This document shows positions 52,270-64,000 of a stretch of 64,000 bases of DNA, piece after piece; positions within the stretch are counted from its first letter, which is position 1; each line of letters starts with the position of its first letter. The notes under the pieces were generated by a model. The model was not told the DNA's origin. It saw only the letters and a list, made by a program, of their open reading frames with translations, and did not search any database. A program made the position numbers and the translations under genes. This stretch comes from Vicugna vicugna (taxonomy: Eukaryota). The DNA lies in the NCBI GenBank assembly GCA_013265495.1, contig MU058531.1, forward strand, positions 860,678 through 924,677, written 5' to 3'.

Positions 52270-52830
52270 TGATTGATGTTTTTTTCCAATTACACATTCT
52301 ACTGACATTTGGAAAATGCAGAAAAGTACAAGGAAAGGAAAAAGAATAGGCTGTAAGTCCCATTTATTATTAAAAATATACTTATCATTAACATTTTGAA
52401 AGTACAGACAAATATAAAAAGGAAATAAAAATCACTACACCCAGAGATAACCACTTTCACAGTCTGGCCTACACACACACACATATACATACACAAGGGC
52501 TTACATACATACATTTGTTTCAATCAGGATTTTACTACTATATATACAGCTTCTTACCTGGAATTTCTCACTTGAAATTGTGCCATTAATTTTCTTTTCG
52601 TATTATTAACAGTATTTCCAAAGTGTGTTTACTGTTAATGGCTGTTAGACTATCAGCCCCATGAGCATAGGGACTAAATCTATCTTGTTCCCATAACCAA
52701 TAACAAGTATGCAATAATGTAGTTAGCCATTTTCCTATCGTTTGACATTTAGGCAGTTTCCAAATTTTCACTGTCATAAATGCTACAATATTTCTAATGT
52801 ATGAGTTTTCCCAGTCTTTCCCCTTCACCT
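52270..52830 (-). mobile_element. Ancient L1ME-type 3'UTR fragments
   Basis: 'tttggaaaatgcagaaaagtacaa', 'acccagagataaccact' and 'gacatttaggcagtttccaaattttcactgtcataaa'. Confidence 0.65.
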
Positions 52831-53179
52831 GACAGCTCTTTGATTTCTCTCTCTCCCTCACCGTCACAGGGAGCTCTGTTTTGCCTAATGCGTCTTTGAG
52901 CTTCTGTAATGCAGGTTCAGAAGGAAAGAGGTGATGTTGAAGCTGAGGAACAAGAGGTGTGTGGGCTAGGATGTGAAGAGGGATTTTCTGAGAATTTTGG
53001 AGGACAAGATGTGGGAGTAGCTATGTGAGAGAATTAGACTGGAGATTAAAAAAGAAATTATTGCAGTGATCTGTGTGACTTCTTCACTGTGTTTGACAAA
53101 ATGCAAGTACAGAAACCGAAGTGGAATCAGGTGAGGTTTTTTGCCTGCCTAGCATTCATCCTTTAGGATTAGGGCATCC

Positions 53180-53590
53180 TAATTTCTTAAACAAACAACC
53201 CCCAAACCTCAGTGGTTTCACATCATTAAACTTCATGACTCTCTCATGTCACTGTCCGGGGGGTGTTCAGAGGGAGGCCTTCATGTGGTGACGTGGGAAC
53301 TCAGCTCCTTCCATGGGGTAGATCTGACATCCCCCAGGGTCCCTGAGTCTTGCTCTGGTCTTTCTATTTGCTGCCTGGAGATGAGGAATCAGAGAGCGCA
53401 CCAAGGACTCTGCAGGAGTTTTCATGGGCCAGACCTGGAGGTGGCCTACATCACTCCTGGCCCATTCCACTGCCCAGAATCCAGTACAGTAGCCCCCAGC
53501 GAGCTGCAAAGGTAACTGAGAATGTAAGTTGATTGTGTCCCAGAGATGGCCAGTCTCTGCTGTCACTTCCTGTTCTCTGAGGTCTTGATA
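53180..53590 (-). mobile_element. Old MLT1 LTR
   Basis: 'aacaaacaacccccaaacctcagtggttt...ggccagacctggaggtggcctacatcactcctggcccattccactgcccagaa'. Confidence 0.75.
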
Positions 53591-54827
53591 CAACTGTTAC
53601 TCAAGGTATCAGTGTCTTGTTGACCCAACAGTGGACAGAGAACAAGTATGGCTACTTGGAATCTCCTTCCCAATTTTTGAAGATTGAGTAAATTGACCAA
53701 AAAAAGGAAAACATTTGGGGCTGGTTCATTCTGATGACAGTGCCCTGTAATAACCATTCATTTGTCCCTGAGAGAAGAACCATCTCCCCTTCCTCCGTAG
53801 CCTTGGAACTATCTTTTACAATAACTAGATATTCAAGTTTTCCTTCATATCCATAATCTACCCACATCCTTAGAACAAATTCCTTTGCTGCCTAAGTTAG
53901 CCACAGTTCTTTTTTTCACTTGTAATCAAAGGACCTTAACTAACACAGAACTTGAACTATTTTGGAATTATGTTCCATTGTTATTGTTATTAATCTGTTT
54001 CTTTGTTCATATCACCACTTCTGGACGCTGGCTTTATAAATGCCACAGAAATTATGTTGAGATAAACTGATTTGTACATAAATCTTTACTTTATTTCTGA
54101 TTATTTCCTTAAACCAAATGCCTAGACCAAATATATTTATAAAAGCATTTTAATAGTAATTATGTATTTCAGTCACTTAAATGTCAAAACAAAATCTTTT
54201 CACATCACGAACATTCCATTTCAGCTTTAGAAATCGTGTTTTTCTCACTGTAAGTAATATCAACCACAAGAAAGCGCCCACCACGCAGCCTATTGTTAGA
54301 GTTAGGTTGGTGAATAACATCATAGGTGAGAAAAGTCTTCCAGAAATGCAGATGCAGTATGAGATTTCTAGGAAGCTGTGCCCTCAGTTGCAATAGGACA
54401 GCAGGAAAAGTGTGACCATATCATTAGTGCAGCCTTCTGCTGCTCTTCTGGTTTTGATGGTGGTTAACTCAGATCTCAGTTTCAGTGGAAGCCATTCCTT
54501 GTCCCCCTTCTTTTATTCTTGTCTCTTTTCCTCCACACCAGGACGTCCCTTAGTCTCCATGAATCACCAGGTCACTAGGTTCTGCCCATGTAAATCAGTC
54601 CTGTCTTTATGAAATTGCCCATGAGCTTTTGCTGTTGCAAAAAGACAAATCCTATCAGAGAGGGTTGGTTTATCTTCTTGGTTTAGGGAAGAAAATGAGA
54701 AGATTTGGTATACAGATGTTCATACATTCCAAAAAGGAAAAGAGAGAAAAAGTTTCTTTAAAAAGAAAAAATTCCCAAAAAGAGGAAAAGTTTTTTTGAG
54801 CCCTGCCTACCTAAGGCAATTCTTATA

Positions 54828-56656
54828 TGTATTCTTATGTATATAGTCAATTCACAATGTTGTGTCAGTTTCTGGTGTACAGCATAATGCTTCAGTCATA
54901 CAGGAACATACATATATTCATTTGCATATTCTTTTTCACCATAAGTTACTAAAAGATATTGAATATAGTTCCCTGTGCTATATAGTATGAACTTGTTGTT
55001 AATCTATTTTATATTAGTTAGTATCTGCAAATCTCGAATTCCCAATTTATCCCTCCCCACCCCCCCCAGTAATCATAAGTTTGTTTTCTATGTCTGTGAG
55101 TGTGTTTCTATCTTGTAAATAAGTTACTTTTTTTTTTAGATTCCACATATAAGTGATATAATATGGTATTTTTCTTTTTCTTTCTGGCTTACTTCACTTA
55201 GAAAGACAATCTCCAGGTCCACCCATGGTGCTGCAAATGGCATCATTTTATTCTTTTTTATGGCTGAGTAATATTCTATTGTATAAATATATCACAATTT
55301 CTTTATACAGTGACCTGTTGATGGACATTTAGGTTGCTTCCATGTCTTGGTTACTGTACATAGTTCTGCTATGAACATTGGAGTGCATGCATCTTTTTGA
55401 ATTAAGGTTCCCTCTGGATATATGCCCAGGAGTGAGATGGCTGGCTCATATGATAAGTCTATTTTTAGTCTTTTGAGGGTTCTCCATACTGTTTTCCATA
55501 ACGGCTGCACCAAATTACATTCCTACCAACAGTGTAGGAGAGTTCCCTTTTCTCCACACCCTCTCCAGCATTTATCATTTTTGGACTTTTGAATGATGGC
55601 CATTCTGACTAGTGTGAGGTGATACCTCATTGTAGTTTTGATTTACATTTCTTTGATAATTAGCAATACTGAACATTTCTTCATGTGCTAATTGGCTATT
55701 TGTACGTCTTCACTGGAGAATTGTTTATTTAGGTCTTCTGCCCATTTTTGGATTGGGTTTTTAAAAATTATTATTATTATTACATTGTATGAGCTGTTTG
55801 TATATTCTGGAAATTAAGCCCTTGTCAGTATCATCTTTCACAAATATTTTCTCCCATTCCATAGGTTGTCTTTTTGTTTTGGTTATGGTTTCCTTTGCTG
55901 TGCAAAAGCTTACATGTTCAGTTAGCTCCCATTTGTTTATTTTTGCTTTTATTTCTATTGCTTGGGTAGACTGCCCTAGAAGCACATTGTTAAGATTTAT
56001 GTCAGATAATGTTTTGCCTATGTTTTCTTCTAAGAGGTTTATGGCTTAAGCCTTTAAGCCATTTTGAGCTTATTTTTATGTGTGTGAGGTGTGAGGAAGT
56101 GTTATAACTTCATTGATTTACATGCAGCTGTCCAGTTATTCCAATACCATTTGCTAAAGAGACTGTCTTTACTCCATTGTATGTTCTTGCCTCCTTTGTC
56201 AAAGATTAATTGACCAAAAGTTTGTCGGTTTATTTCTGGGCTCTCTATTTTGTTCCATTGTTCCATATGTCAGTTTTCGTATCAATACCATGCTGTTTTG
56301 ATTACTGTAGCTCTATAGTATTGTCTAAAGTCTGGGATGGTTATTCCTCCAGCTTCATTCTTTTTTCTTCAGGAATGCTTTGGCAATTCTGGGTCTTTTG
56401 TGATCTCATATAAATTTTAGGATTATTTGCTCTAGTTCTGCTAAAAATGTCCTGGGTAATCTGACAGGGATCGCACTAAATCTGTAGACTGCCTTGGGCA
56501 ATATGGCCATTTACAATCCCTCTTAAAATTGCATCCCCCAAAATAAAATACTTAGGAATAAATATACGCAAGGAAGTGAAAGACATGTGGAGAACTACAA
56601 AACATTGACTAAGGAAATTAAAGATGACTTACAGAAATGGAAAGATAACCCATGTT
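54828..56656 (-). mobile_element. Young L1, 5'-truncated, with twin-priming 5' inversion and TSD
   Basis: Minus-strand 3'UTR and ORF2 at 54828-56513 ([19 protein letters not shown].., IKAKINKWE..), then plus-strand ORF2 at 56513-56656. TSD cctaaggcaattcttata (54810-54827) / cctagggcaatgcttata (56657-56674). Confidence 0.92.
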
Positions 56657-57907
56657 CCTAGGGCAATGCTTATACAATAATATCCAGCTTGAAACTGGAA
56701 TAGGTCCATTGGTTAAAATTTACCTCAGGTGTGGCCAAGTCAGGCAAGTATTTTGTTGTTGTTGTTGTTGTCCAACTTGCTGTGCTGTTTGAAAAAAAAT
56801 ACATTCTTTATCAAAATATTAGCATAAAATGTTTAATGAGTATTTAACCCAAACTATAATAACAATATGCATTTAAAGAAAAACAAGCACCAAATTAACT
56901 AACAGAAAATTTTAACAGAGCAATATAAAAGTATAAGTAAATACACTTAATAGAGTTAGAAACAAGTCTTTCTTAACCTGAAACCAAAGCCAGAAGAAAA
57001 TGAAAAAGCTTTGGAAAGCCACCTATCAAAAAGACCTGGTAGGATCATTTTGTGAGCAAATTTTTAAAATCTATACGGAATAAATTTTGCTACTGAGCCC
57101 TGGGACAGTTTAAAGGAAAAGAAAATATTCCAAATACATGAAATAAACAACATAACACAATTGCCAATTCTTACTAAACTAAAAGAAAGCTACTGACTAA
57201 TCTCACTTAGGAATATCAATCAAAAAATGAAACCAAATATTAGGAAACAGAAGTGGATAAGACACTGAAAGGACAGTAGATCATGAGTAAGTATAATTCA
57301 TTCTAGACTGCAAGGATAATTTGATATTAATAAACATGTTAACATAATATACTCTCTTAGCTGCCAAAAACATTTGTTTAATTCTAAATCTATTCCTAGT
57401 TTAAAAAAAAATTGTGACGTTAGATGGAATGGATACTCCCTGAATATTCTAAGTTAATACATATTGAATACTTAAGGCTAGTATTATGCTTAGTGGATAA
57501 ATAATGGAAAGGTTTCCATTAAAGTCAGAAATAAGATAAGGGTATCTTAGATCATCACAATTACTTAATATTGTTCTGAACATTCAAGAGAATGTAATAA
57601 ATCAACAAAATGAAGTAAGAGCAATACATACTTGACAGGAGGTTACAAAATTATCATAATTCCCAGCTGATATAATTTTATATCTATAAACCACAGGAAA
57701 ACAAACTGTAAAACTTTTGGAACTATTAAAGAATCAGTAAGGTAGCTAGTTTTAAAGCAAACATACAAAAGTGAAACCAGACTTTTCATATACCAATGAT
57801 AACTAGTGAGAAAACAACCACATTTAAATAGCAACCAACAACAAAGAAAATCAAATAGAAAAATAACTAAAATGAAATGTGCAGTAATACAAATTATAAA
57901 ACTCTAC

Positions 57908-59290
57908 CAATACACAAAAATTAACTCAAAATTGATTAAAGACTTGAACTAAGACCTGAAACCATAAAACTTTTAGAATAAAACACACGCAGCAAGCTCC
58001 TTGACATACATAGGTCTTGGCGATGACTTTCTAATCTGACATCAAAAGCAAGGGCAACAAAAGCAAAAATAAACAATTCTGACTACATCAAATTAAAAAG
58101 CTTTTGCACAACAAAGGAAGTCATCAACAAAATAAAAAGGCAACTTGCTGCATAGGAGAAAACATTTACAAGTCATACATCTGATAAAGGTTTAATATCC
58201 CAAATATATAAAGAACTCATACAACTCAATAGCAAAACTAAAAAATCCAATTTAAAAATGGGCAGAAGAACGGAACAGACATTTTTGTAAAGAGGATATA
58301 TAGATGGCCAACAGATATATGAAAAGATGCTCAGTATCACTAATTATCAGGAAAATGCAAATCAAAATCACAATGAGATATCACTCACACCTGTTAGAAT
58401 GCCTATTATCAAAAAGACAAGATGTGAAGATGTGGAGAAAAGAGAACCCTTGTGCACTGTTGGTGGGAATGTAAATTGATGCAGTCACAATGGAAAATAC
58501 AATGGAGGTTCCTAAAAACTTAAAAATATAACTGCCATATGATCTAGCAATTCCATTTCTGGGTTTATCCAAAGAAAACAAAAACACCAGCTCAAAAAGA
58601 TATATGCAACATTACATTCACTGCAGCATTGTTTATAATACCAAAATATGGAAGCAACCTAAGTTTATATATATATAAGCTTAGGAAGCCACCTATATTT
58701 TATATATTATATATATGTGTATATATATATATTATATATAATATAGGAAGCAACCTATTTTATATATAATACAAATATACTCAATGAAATATTATTCAGC
58801 CATTAAAAAGGAGGAAATCCTGCCATTTGTGACAACATGGATAGGCCTCAAGAGCATTATGCTTAGTGAAATAAGTCAGATGGAGAAATACAAATACCAT
58901 ATGATCTCACTTACATGTGGAATCTAAAAAAACACAAAACAAAAAACCAGACTCACAGGTATAGAGAACAGATTGGTGGTTGCCGGCAGGGGTGGGGGAG
59001 TAGGTGAATAGGTAAAAGGGGTCAAAAGGTACAAATTTCCAGTTATAAAATAAATGATTCATAGGATGTAATGCACAACACAGTGACTATAGTTAATAGT
59101 GTACTGTATATCTGAATGTTGCTAAGAGAGTAGATCTTAAAAGTTCTCATCACAAGAAAAGACATTTTCTAACACATAACGTATAAATGTAAACTAGACT
59201 TTGGTGATCATTTTGCAGTGTTACAAATATTAAAACGTTATGCTGTACATCTGAAGCTAAGATAATATTTTATCAATTATACTTCAATAA
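57908..59290 (+). mobile_element. L1MA-type 3' portion (ORF2 end and 3'UTR)
   Basis: 'tacacaaaaattaactcaaaattgattaaagactt' through 'ggtacaaatttccagttataaaataaatg...tatcaattatacttcaataa'. Confidence 0.9.
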
Positions 59291-59630
59291 GTTCAAAGAC
59301 ATACCTTGTTTCTGGACAGAAAGATTAGCTGTTGTAAAGATGTCAATTCTTTTTAAAATAGACTACAAATTGCATGAAACATGTATCAAACTCCAACAAG
59401 ACTATTTAAAAACATAACAAAAATTATTTAAAAATTCATCTGCAAAGATCATAACAAAGATTATTAAAGGAGTGGTAGGGAGGGGACACACGTTTTTCCT
59501 GTTAAGACAGTAACATTTTGTATTTAGCAGTAACAGTATTAATGACAACAGCAACAACATGGATGGTATTGGCAGGAAAAGGCAGGATACCAAGGGGCAG
59601 AGAAGAAAATCACAGAAATAGCTTCCTGGG

Positions 59631-60014
59631 TGATATCTGAAACTGCCTCACCCCCAATATGTGGAGGGCAGCAGGAAGCACGTCACTCCCAATTGGTAGG
59701 TACAGATTTAATAAGCAAGGGAACTTATTTAGTTAGGATGCTTGTCTTAGGCGACTGCAAGATGAGTAGCTCTCCACACCTGCCCACCAGAATTCTAAAA
59801 GTTTATATAGAAGCCTTAACTGGGTTCAGTCACATATACCATCCAGATAGCCTCACCAACACATCAAGGTTGGGTCCCTGAAGGGCTTCTACGTGGGCAG
59901 GGTGGGTGATATGTGCATCTCAATGACAGGGGAGGGGGTGAGACACCTCTGATTGTCCGGGTCCAGAGTGCGGGTCAACTAGTATTCACTTCCTCTCCAT
60001 GACCTCCTCCAACA
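59631..60014 (-). mobile_element. Solo ERV LTR
   Basis: TG..CA termini. Minus-strand TATA ('tttatatag', ~59802) and ATTAAA ('tttaat', ~59707) are in the expected order. Confidence 0.7.
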
Positions 60015-60599
60015 AGTGTATGATAAATGTGACATTTTGAATCACAAGGGAAAGATTTGCTATTTGCCAAATAATTTGGGGACAACTGGCTAGGCTCCTT
60101 ATGGGAAAAATTAAATGTCATAAGTTAAATTCCAGTTAGATTAAAATTTTTAATAAATGCACTAAGTGAAAAAAATATGTAAGTAAATACTTTCAATAAC
60201 AATAGAGTAGAACAAGTCTTTCCTCACTTGACACCAAAGCCAGAAACCACAGAAGAAAATGAATTTACCTAGCAATTAAATATTTCCTGGCAGCAAAAAC
60301 AGAAACAAAATAACACAATTATAGAAGTGTGAAAGGCCTGGGAAAAACAATTATAACACACATGATGGACAAAGAATTACTACTACCGTATAAAGAGATC
60401 TTACAAATCAACTAAAAAAAGAAAAATGGTCAAAGACTATGAATAATTAATTCATGAAAGAAGAAATTAAAATGGACCCAAATGTATGAACAAATGTTCA
60501 GTTTCATTATTTTCTAAAACACAAACAAAAACAACAAAAAAGAAATCTTTTTAAACCACAAGACCAGCATCCGATGAGTGACAAAATCCACATGTTGGC

Positions 60600-61108
60600 A
60601 TAATGGAGGCAAATTTTTACATCCACTCTTTTAGGATTTTTTGGCTGGGCCTGACAATTTAACTGACATAAGATAGATTAACGGGAAAAAAGTATTCACA
60701 TTTATATTAAGTCTTACAAGACACAGGAGCTCTCCAAAGGAATAAAGACCCAAAGAAATGGCAGAACCTACATGCTTTTATATCAGGTGGGAAAAAAAAA
60801 GAAGCAATTGTGGAAAAGTAACTAGACAATCTAGAGAGGCTAAAGGAAGATAAGAAGTATTTGAACAAGGTCTGTTTGTACAGATTTCTTTTGACCTCAG
60901 TTGCGTGTCTCTGGTGATAAGACTGTCTTCCTTCCTTCTGACACAGGGAGGGCACATTTCACGTGGGAGTTTTATCTCCTGCTTTGGGGAAGAAAAAGGA
61001 GGGTCTGAATGCCCTTCTTATATCTGCTGTTTCTCAAGTTTCCTTAATGCAAAATAATCAATATGCCAAAGCGGCATACTTTGGGGTGACATGCTCTGAA
61101 CTCCACTG
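60600..61108 (-). mobile_element. MER31-like ERV1 LTR
   Basis: 'gacataagatagattaacgggaaaaaag' and end 'aataatcaatatgccaaagcggcatactttggggtgacatgctctg', as I recall the MER31-type consensus. Confidence 0.7.
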
Positions 61109-61499
61109 GCCAAGGAGACAAAAACTGACATTTTCAGCAACTGTTATTAGGAGAATAATTGGATACACCTTTCTGGGAGGCATTTTTTATCAATCCACAT
61201 CACAATTATAGTTGTGCACCCCATTCAATCCAGAGATCTCATATGTAGAATTTCTCCACAAACAGATAGTTATATGATAGGGAAACTGTACATGCAGAAA
61301 CATGTCTTTTTAATAACGATAACATCTATCACTTAAAATTATCAATTAAAATATTTAAAATGATAAAAAATTAAACAACACAAAACAAAATATCCATCAT
61401 TACATGCTTAGTCAAGTAAATGAGGTACTCTGCTACCATTAAAATAAAAGGATGTACCTTTCGTATTTTGAGGTTGGAACATGAAATTAGCACTTTTTC

Positions 61500-61568
61500 T
61501 AAGTGGATTGAACCCAGGACCTTGTGTATGCCAGGCAGGTGCTCTACCACTGAACCATACCTCCTGTC
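61500..61568 (-). mobile_element. Partial Vic-1-type/tRNA-derived SINE head
   Basis: 'ggattgaacccaggaccttgtgtatgccaggcaggtgctctaccactgaaccatacc'. Confidence 0.8.
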
Positions 61569-61639
61569 CAAGTCAGCCCATTTTTGAGGGGGTCCTTGGG
61601 CAGACAGAGAAAAGCAGCAACCTCCAGACTGAAGATATC

Positions 61640-62103
61640 ACACATTCTGGGTGACAAGCGTTCTGGAGGCAAAGAAAGGTGCAAAAAGCCAGGAATCTTC
61701 AGCATCTGAATGTAACCTTTTGCTCACTATGCCCTCATATAATAAAATTAGCCTTGTAGCTACAAAGTACCCACCATGCACTGACACCTTGACACTCCCG
61801 ATCCAGACTAAATAAGGAAACAAAAATCCCTCCTCTCCTTGGGAAGCTGGAGCTGGGATGGAAATCAGGGAACAAGACCCCAAACCCCTCCCTCTCCAAT
61901 GAATATTCCAGCCATTCATTCTTACACCCCATGTAACAAGCATGCCAAAGAAACTCAGCACAGCTGCTCACCTGAGTCTGCCTGTTGTCCCCTTGACAGC
62001 GTATGATCTATAGCTTAATAAATCCTTACTTTACTTTCTTGACCTCCATGTCTCCTCTCTGAATTCATTCTGCAATGAGGTAAGAACCTAATCTCTGGCA
62101 ACA
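61640..62103 (+). mobile_element. ERV1-class LTR
   Basis: AATAAA at ~62017 and U5-like 'ctgaattcattctgcaatgaggtaagaacctaatctctggcaaca'. Left end uncertain. Confidence 0.65.
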
Positions 62104-63199
62104 AGGCTATTTCTTGAACCCTTTTAGGCATAAGCCCACTCTTAGCCATATCTCTGCACGTTAGTGGTGGGAAGCAAGCCAGAACTTCCTAAATCATCTT
62201 GAAATCTGCTTAACAATTTTAGCAGTTTCAATTCTGCCAGATACGCCAACAGTACCTTGCCTTGAAAACTAGGTATGTTCTTTTCAAGTAGAAGTGGGTG
62301 AAGGGCCAGGTTCTTGCTTTCTTCTGATTGATTACTGATTCTTCTGAAAGTGACCAAAAGACAGCAGGCAGACTCTAATTGGTCATGGAAAACTGCTTTA
62401 CAAAAATTCAGTTAACATTTTTTTGAGAAAAAAATTACTTCAAAGGTGACTGTCAAGTTGATTTCAACAAAAATGAATCCTATTTTTCAATAATTCTAAT
62501 TATTGAAAACTGTCAAAAAAAATTGCCAAAAAAAAGTGATTAGAAAGGATTTTGAGGCAAACCAGAGCTTCAGCACACCATGTACTGTTTATAATGGAAG
62601 AGCTCTTGCAACTCCTTCTCTAGTAACTTGTATCTTCTCTCCCATTATAAGAATCTTCTATATGCAAAGATCTCTGACTCCACAGTTGTAGCAGCTGTTA
62701 CTCATTAAACTTTCTTTCACCTGAGTATTGATAGTGTCTCCTAAAAATTAGTGATCATGTTGTATTTTCCAAAAGTGTCCACCTACCGCCCTTGGACATG
62801 AACTTCTCCAGGATAATTCTTTAGTTTTTCAGAATTAAAATGTATTTAAAATGAGACCTATCTGAAAAATAGCCCCACTCTGAGTGTTGTCTCTTTCATT
62901 TGTTAATGGATTAATAAACATTGTTGGAAGGTGAAAAAATAGATTTATCTTTACATCATTTGGCCCCCACCTAAAATCATACAGGTCTAGAAAATCCGAC
63001 CTACCTGTAGCAGGAACCCTGGGCAAATACTCTCAAGAATTCCAATTGTCCACACATGCAATGTTTGATGCATACATTTTATGTCCATAACTAGTATGTT
63101 ACACAATACAGTTGGAGAGGCGCAATGTTCACTTTTAAAAATCTGAACTTTGAGACACTGGAGATAGACTGAGAGCCTTTGCAATGTTTGTTTCAGCCA

Positions 63200-63400
63200 G
63201 ATTCTCTATGAGGAAGGATCTTCTTGGTTGCTGGTGTCAGAAACCCAGTTCAAACTAACTTAAACAAAACTGAAATTTACTAGTTCATATAATTGGGAAA
63301 GGTCAGGATGAAGTGGGCCTCAGGCATGACAGTGTTCATGAATTTAAATGATATTAATAGAACTCTATCTCCTGCTCTATTCCTCTCTGCACGGGCAGCT
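63200..63400 (-). mobile_element. Old MLT1 LTR fragment
   Basis: 'cttggttgctggtgtcagaaacccagttcaaactaacttaaacaaaa...aatttactagttcatataattgg'. Confidence 0.7.
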
Positions 63401-63529
63401 GACAACCTCAGTAAGGCAGAAGTTAGCGTGAGAGTTTCCCTTCTTTTAGAATTTACCATTGAAAAATTTAGGAGAAATTCATTAACATCATATGAGCAAT
63501 GACATTAAATGAACTTCCTTTTGAAGACA

Positions 63530-64000
63530 AAAGGTTTCTGGAGGACACTCATGCATTGCTGCTGGGAATATTAATTAGTAAAACTATTTGGCAGTATTTA
63601 CTAATGCTAAATACACGTATGTACAGTTTACACCCAGCAGTTCCACTCCTGGAAACGCTCGTAAGAGCTGATTGCTTATGTTTACAGAAAGACATGCACA
63701 AGAATGGTCACAGCAGCATTATGCTTGATAGTCCCTAAGTGTCCATCAATGATAAAATGGGTAGATAAATTGTGGTACATCCATTCAATGGAATATACAC
63801 AATTTCTAGAAAGAAAAAAATCTAGTACTACACACAGCAACATGGATGAATTTCATAAAACATTATGCCAAAGAAACCAGATACAAAAAAGTACATATTA
63901 TATGATTTCATTTATAAAATTTCAAAAATAGACAAAGTAATTGAAGGAAAAAGAGGTCAACCTTTGGGTGTTATTGAATTGTGGATGTATAAGTGATCTG
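63530..64000 (+). mobile_element. Old L1ME-type ORF2 end and 3'UTR
   Basis: 'acccagcagttccactcctgg', 'aagtgtccatcaatgataaaatgggtagataaattgtggtacatccattcaatggaata' and 'aacatggatgaatttcataaaacattatg'. Confidence 0.85.

Larger units (their letters stand above)
56900..61490 (+). mobile_element. Ancient L1 ORF2/3' remnant hosting several later insertions
   Basis: Colinear decayed ORF2 pieces: 'tttccattaaagtcagaaataagataagg' (~57510), 'aaagacataccttgtttctggacagaaagatt...aagatgtcaattct' (~59295) and 'aaatggtcaaagactatgaata' (~60424). Confidence 0.65.

Noticed and set aside
62110..63190. Possible highly decayed hAT-Tip100 transposase on the minus strand
   Set aside because: Only vague motif resemblance that needs assumed frameshifts. 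It cannot be supported without an nhmmer/Dfam search.

Overview
Mammalian (eutherian) genomic DNA, most likely camelid (camel/alpaca/llama), judged from four tRNA-derived Vic-1-type SINEs and the style of the young L1 3' ends. I recognise no host protein-coding exon, RNA gene or prokaryotic-type system. Every ORF in the track that I can recognise is a decayed transposon frame; the rest look like chance ORFs. A large part of the window is interspersed repeat: old and young L1s, L2, MIR, MLT1, about eight ERV1-type solo LTRs or LTR fragments, and DNA transposon relics (MER63A, MER2/MER8-type, Tigger1a-type, Charlie transposase). The most unusual structure is a relatively young L1 at about 15670-20101. 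Its ~2.85-kb 5'UTR is a patchwork: a CpG-rich YY1 promoter followed by fragments of other, partly much older L1s in both orientations. The element is 3'-truncated just after the start of ORF2. Other notable items are a twin-primed (5'-inverted) L1 with TSDs, an L2 inserted into an L1 ORF2, an inverted SINE pair, and a MARE+GATA composite motif. Repeat family names come from my memory of consensus sequences, not from a database search, and boundaries of old elements are approximate.
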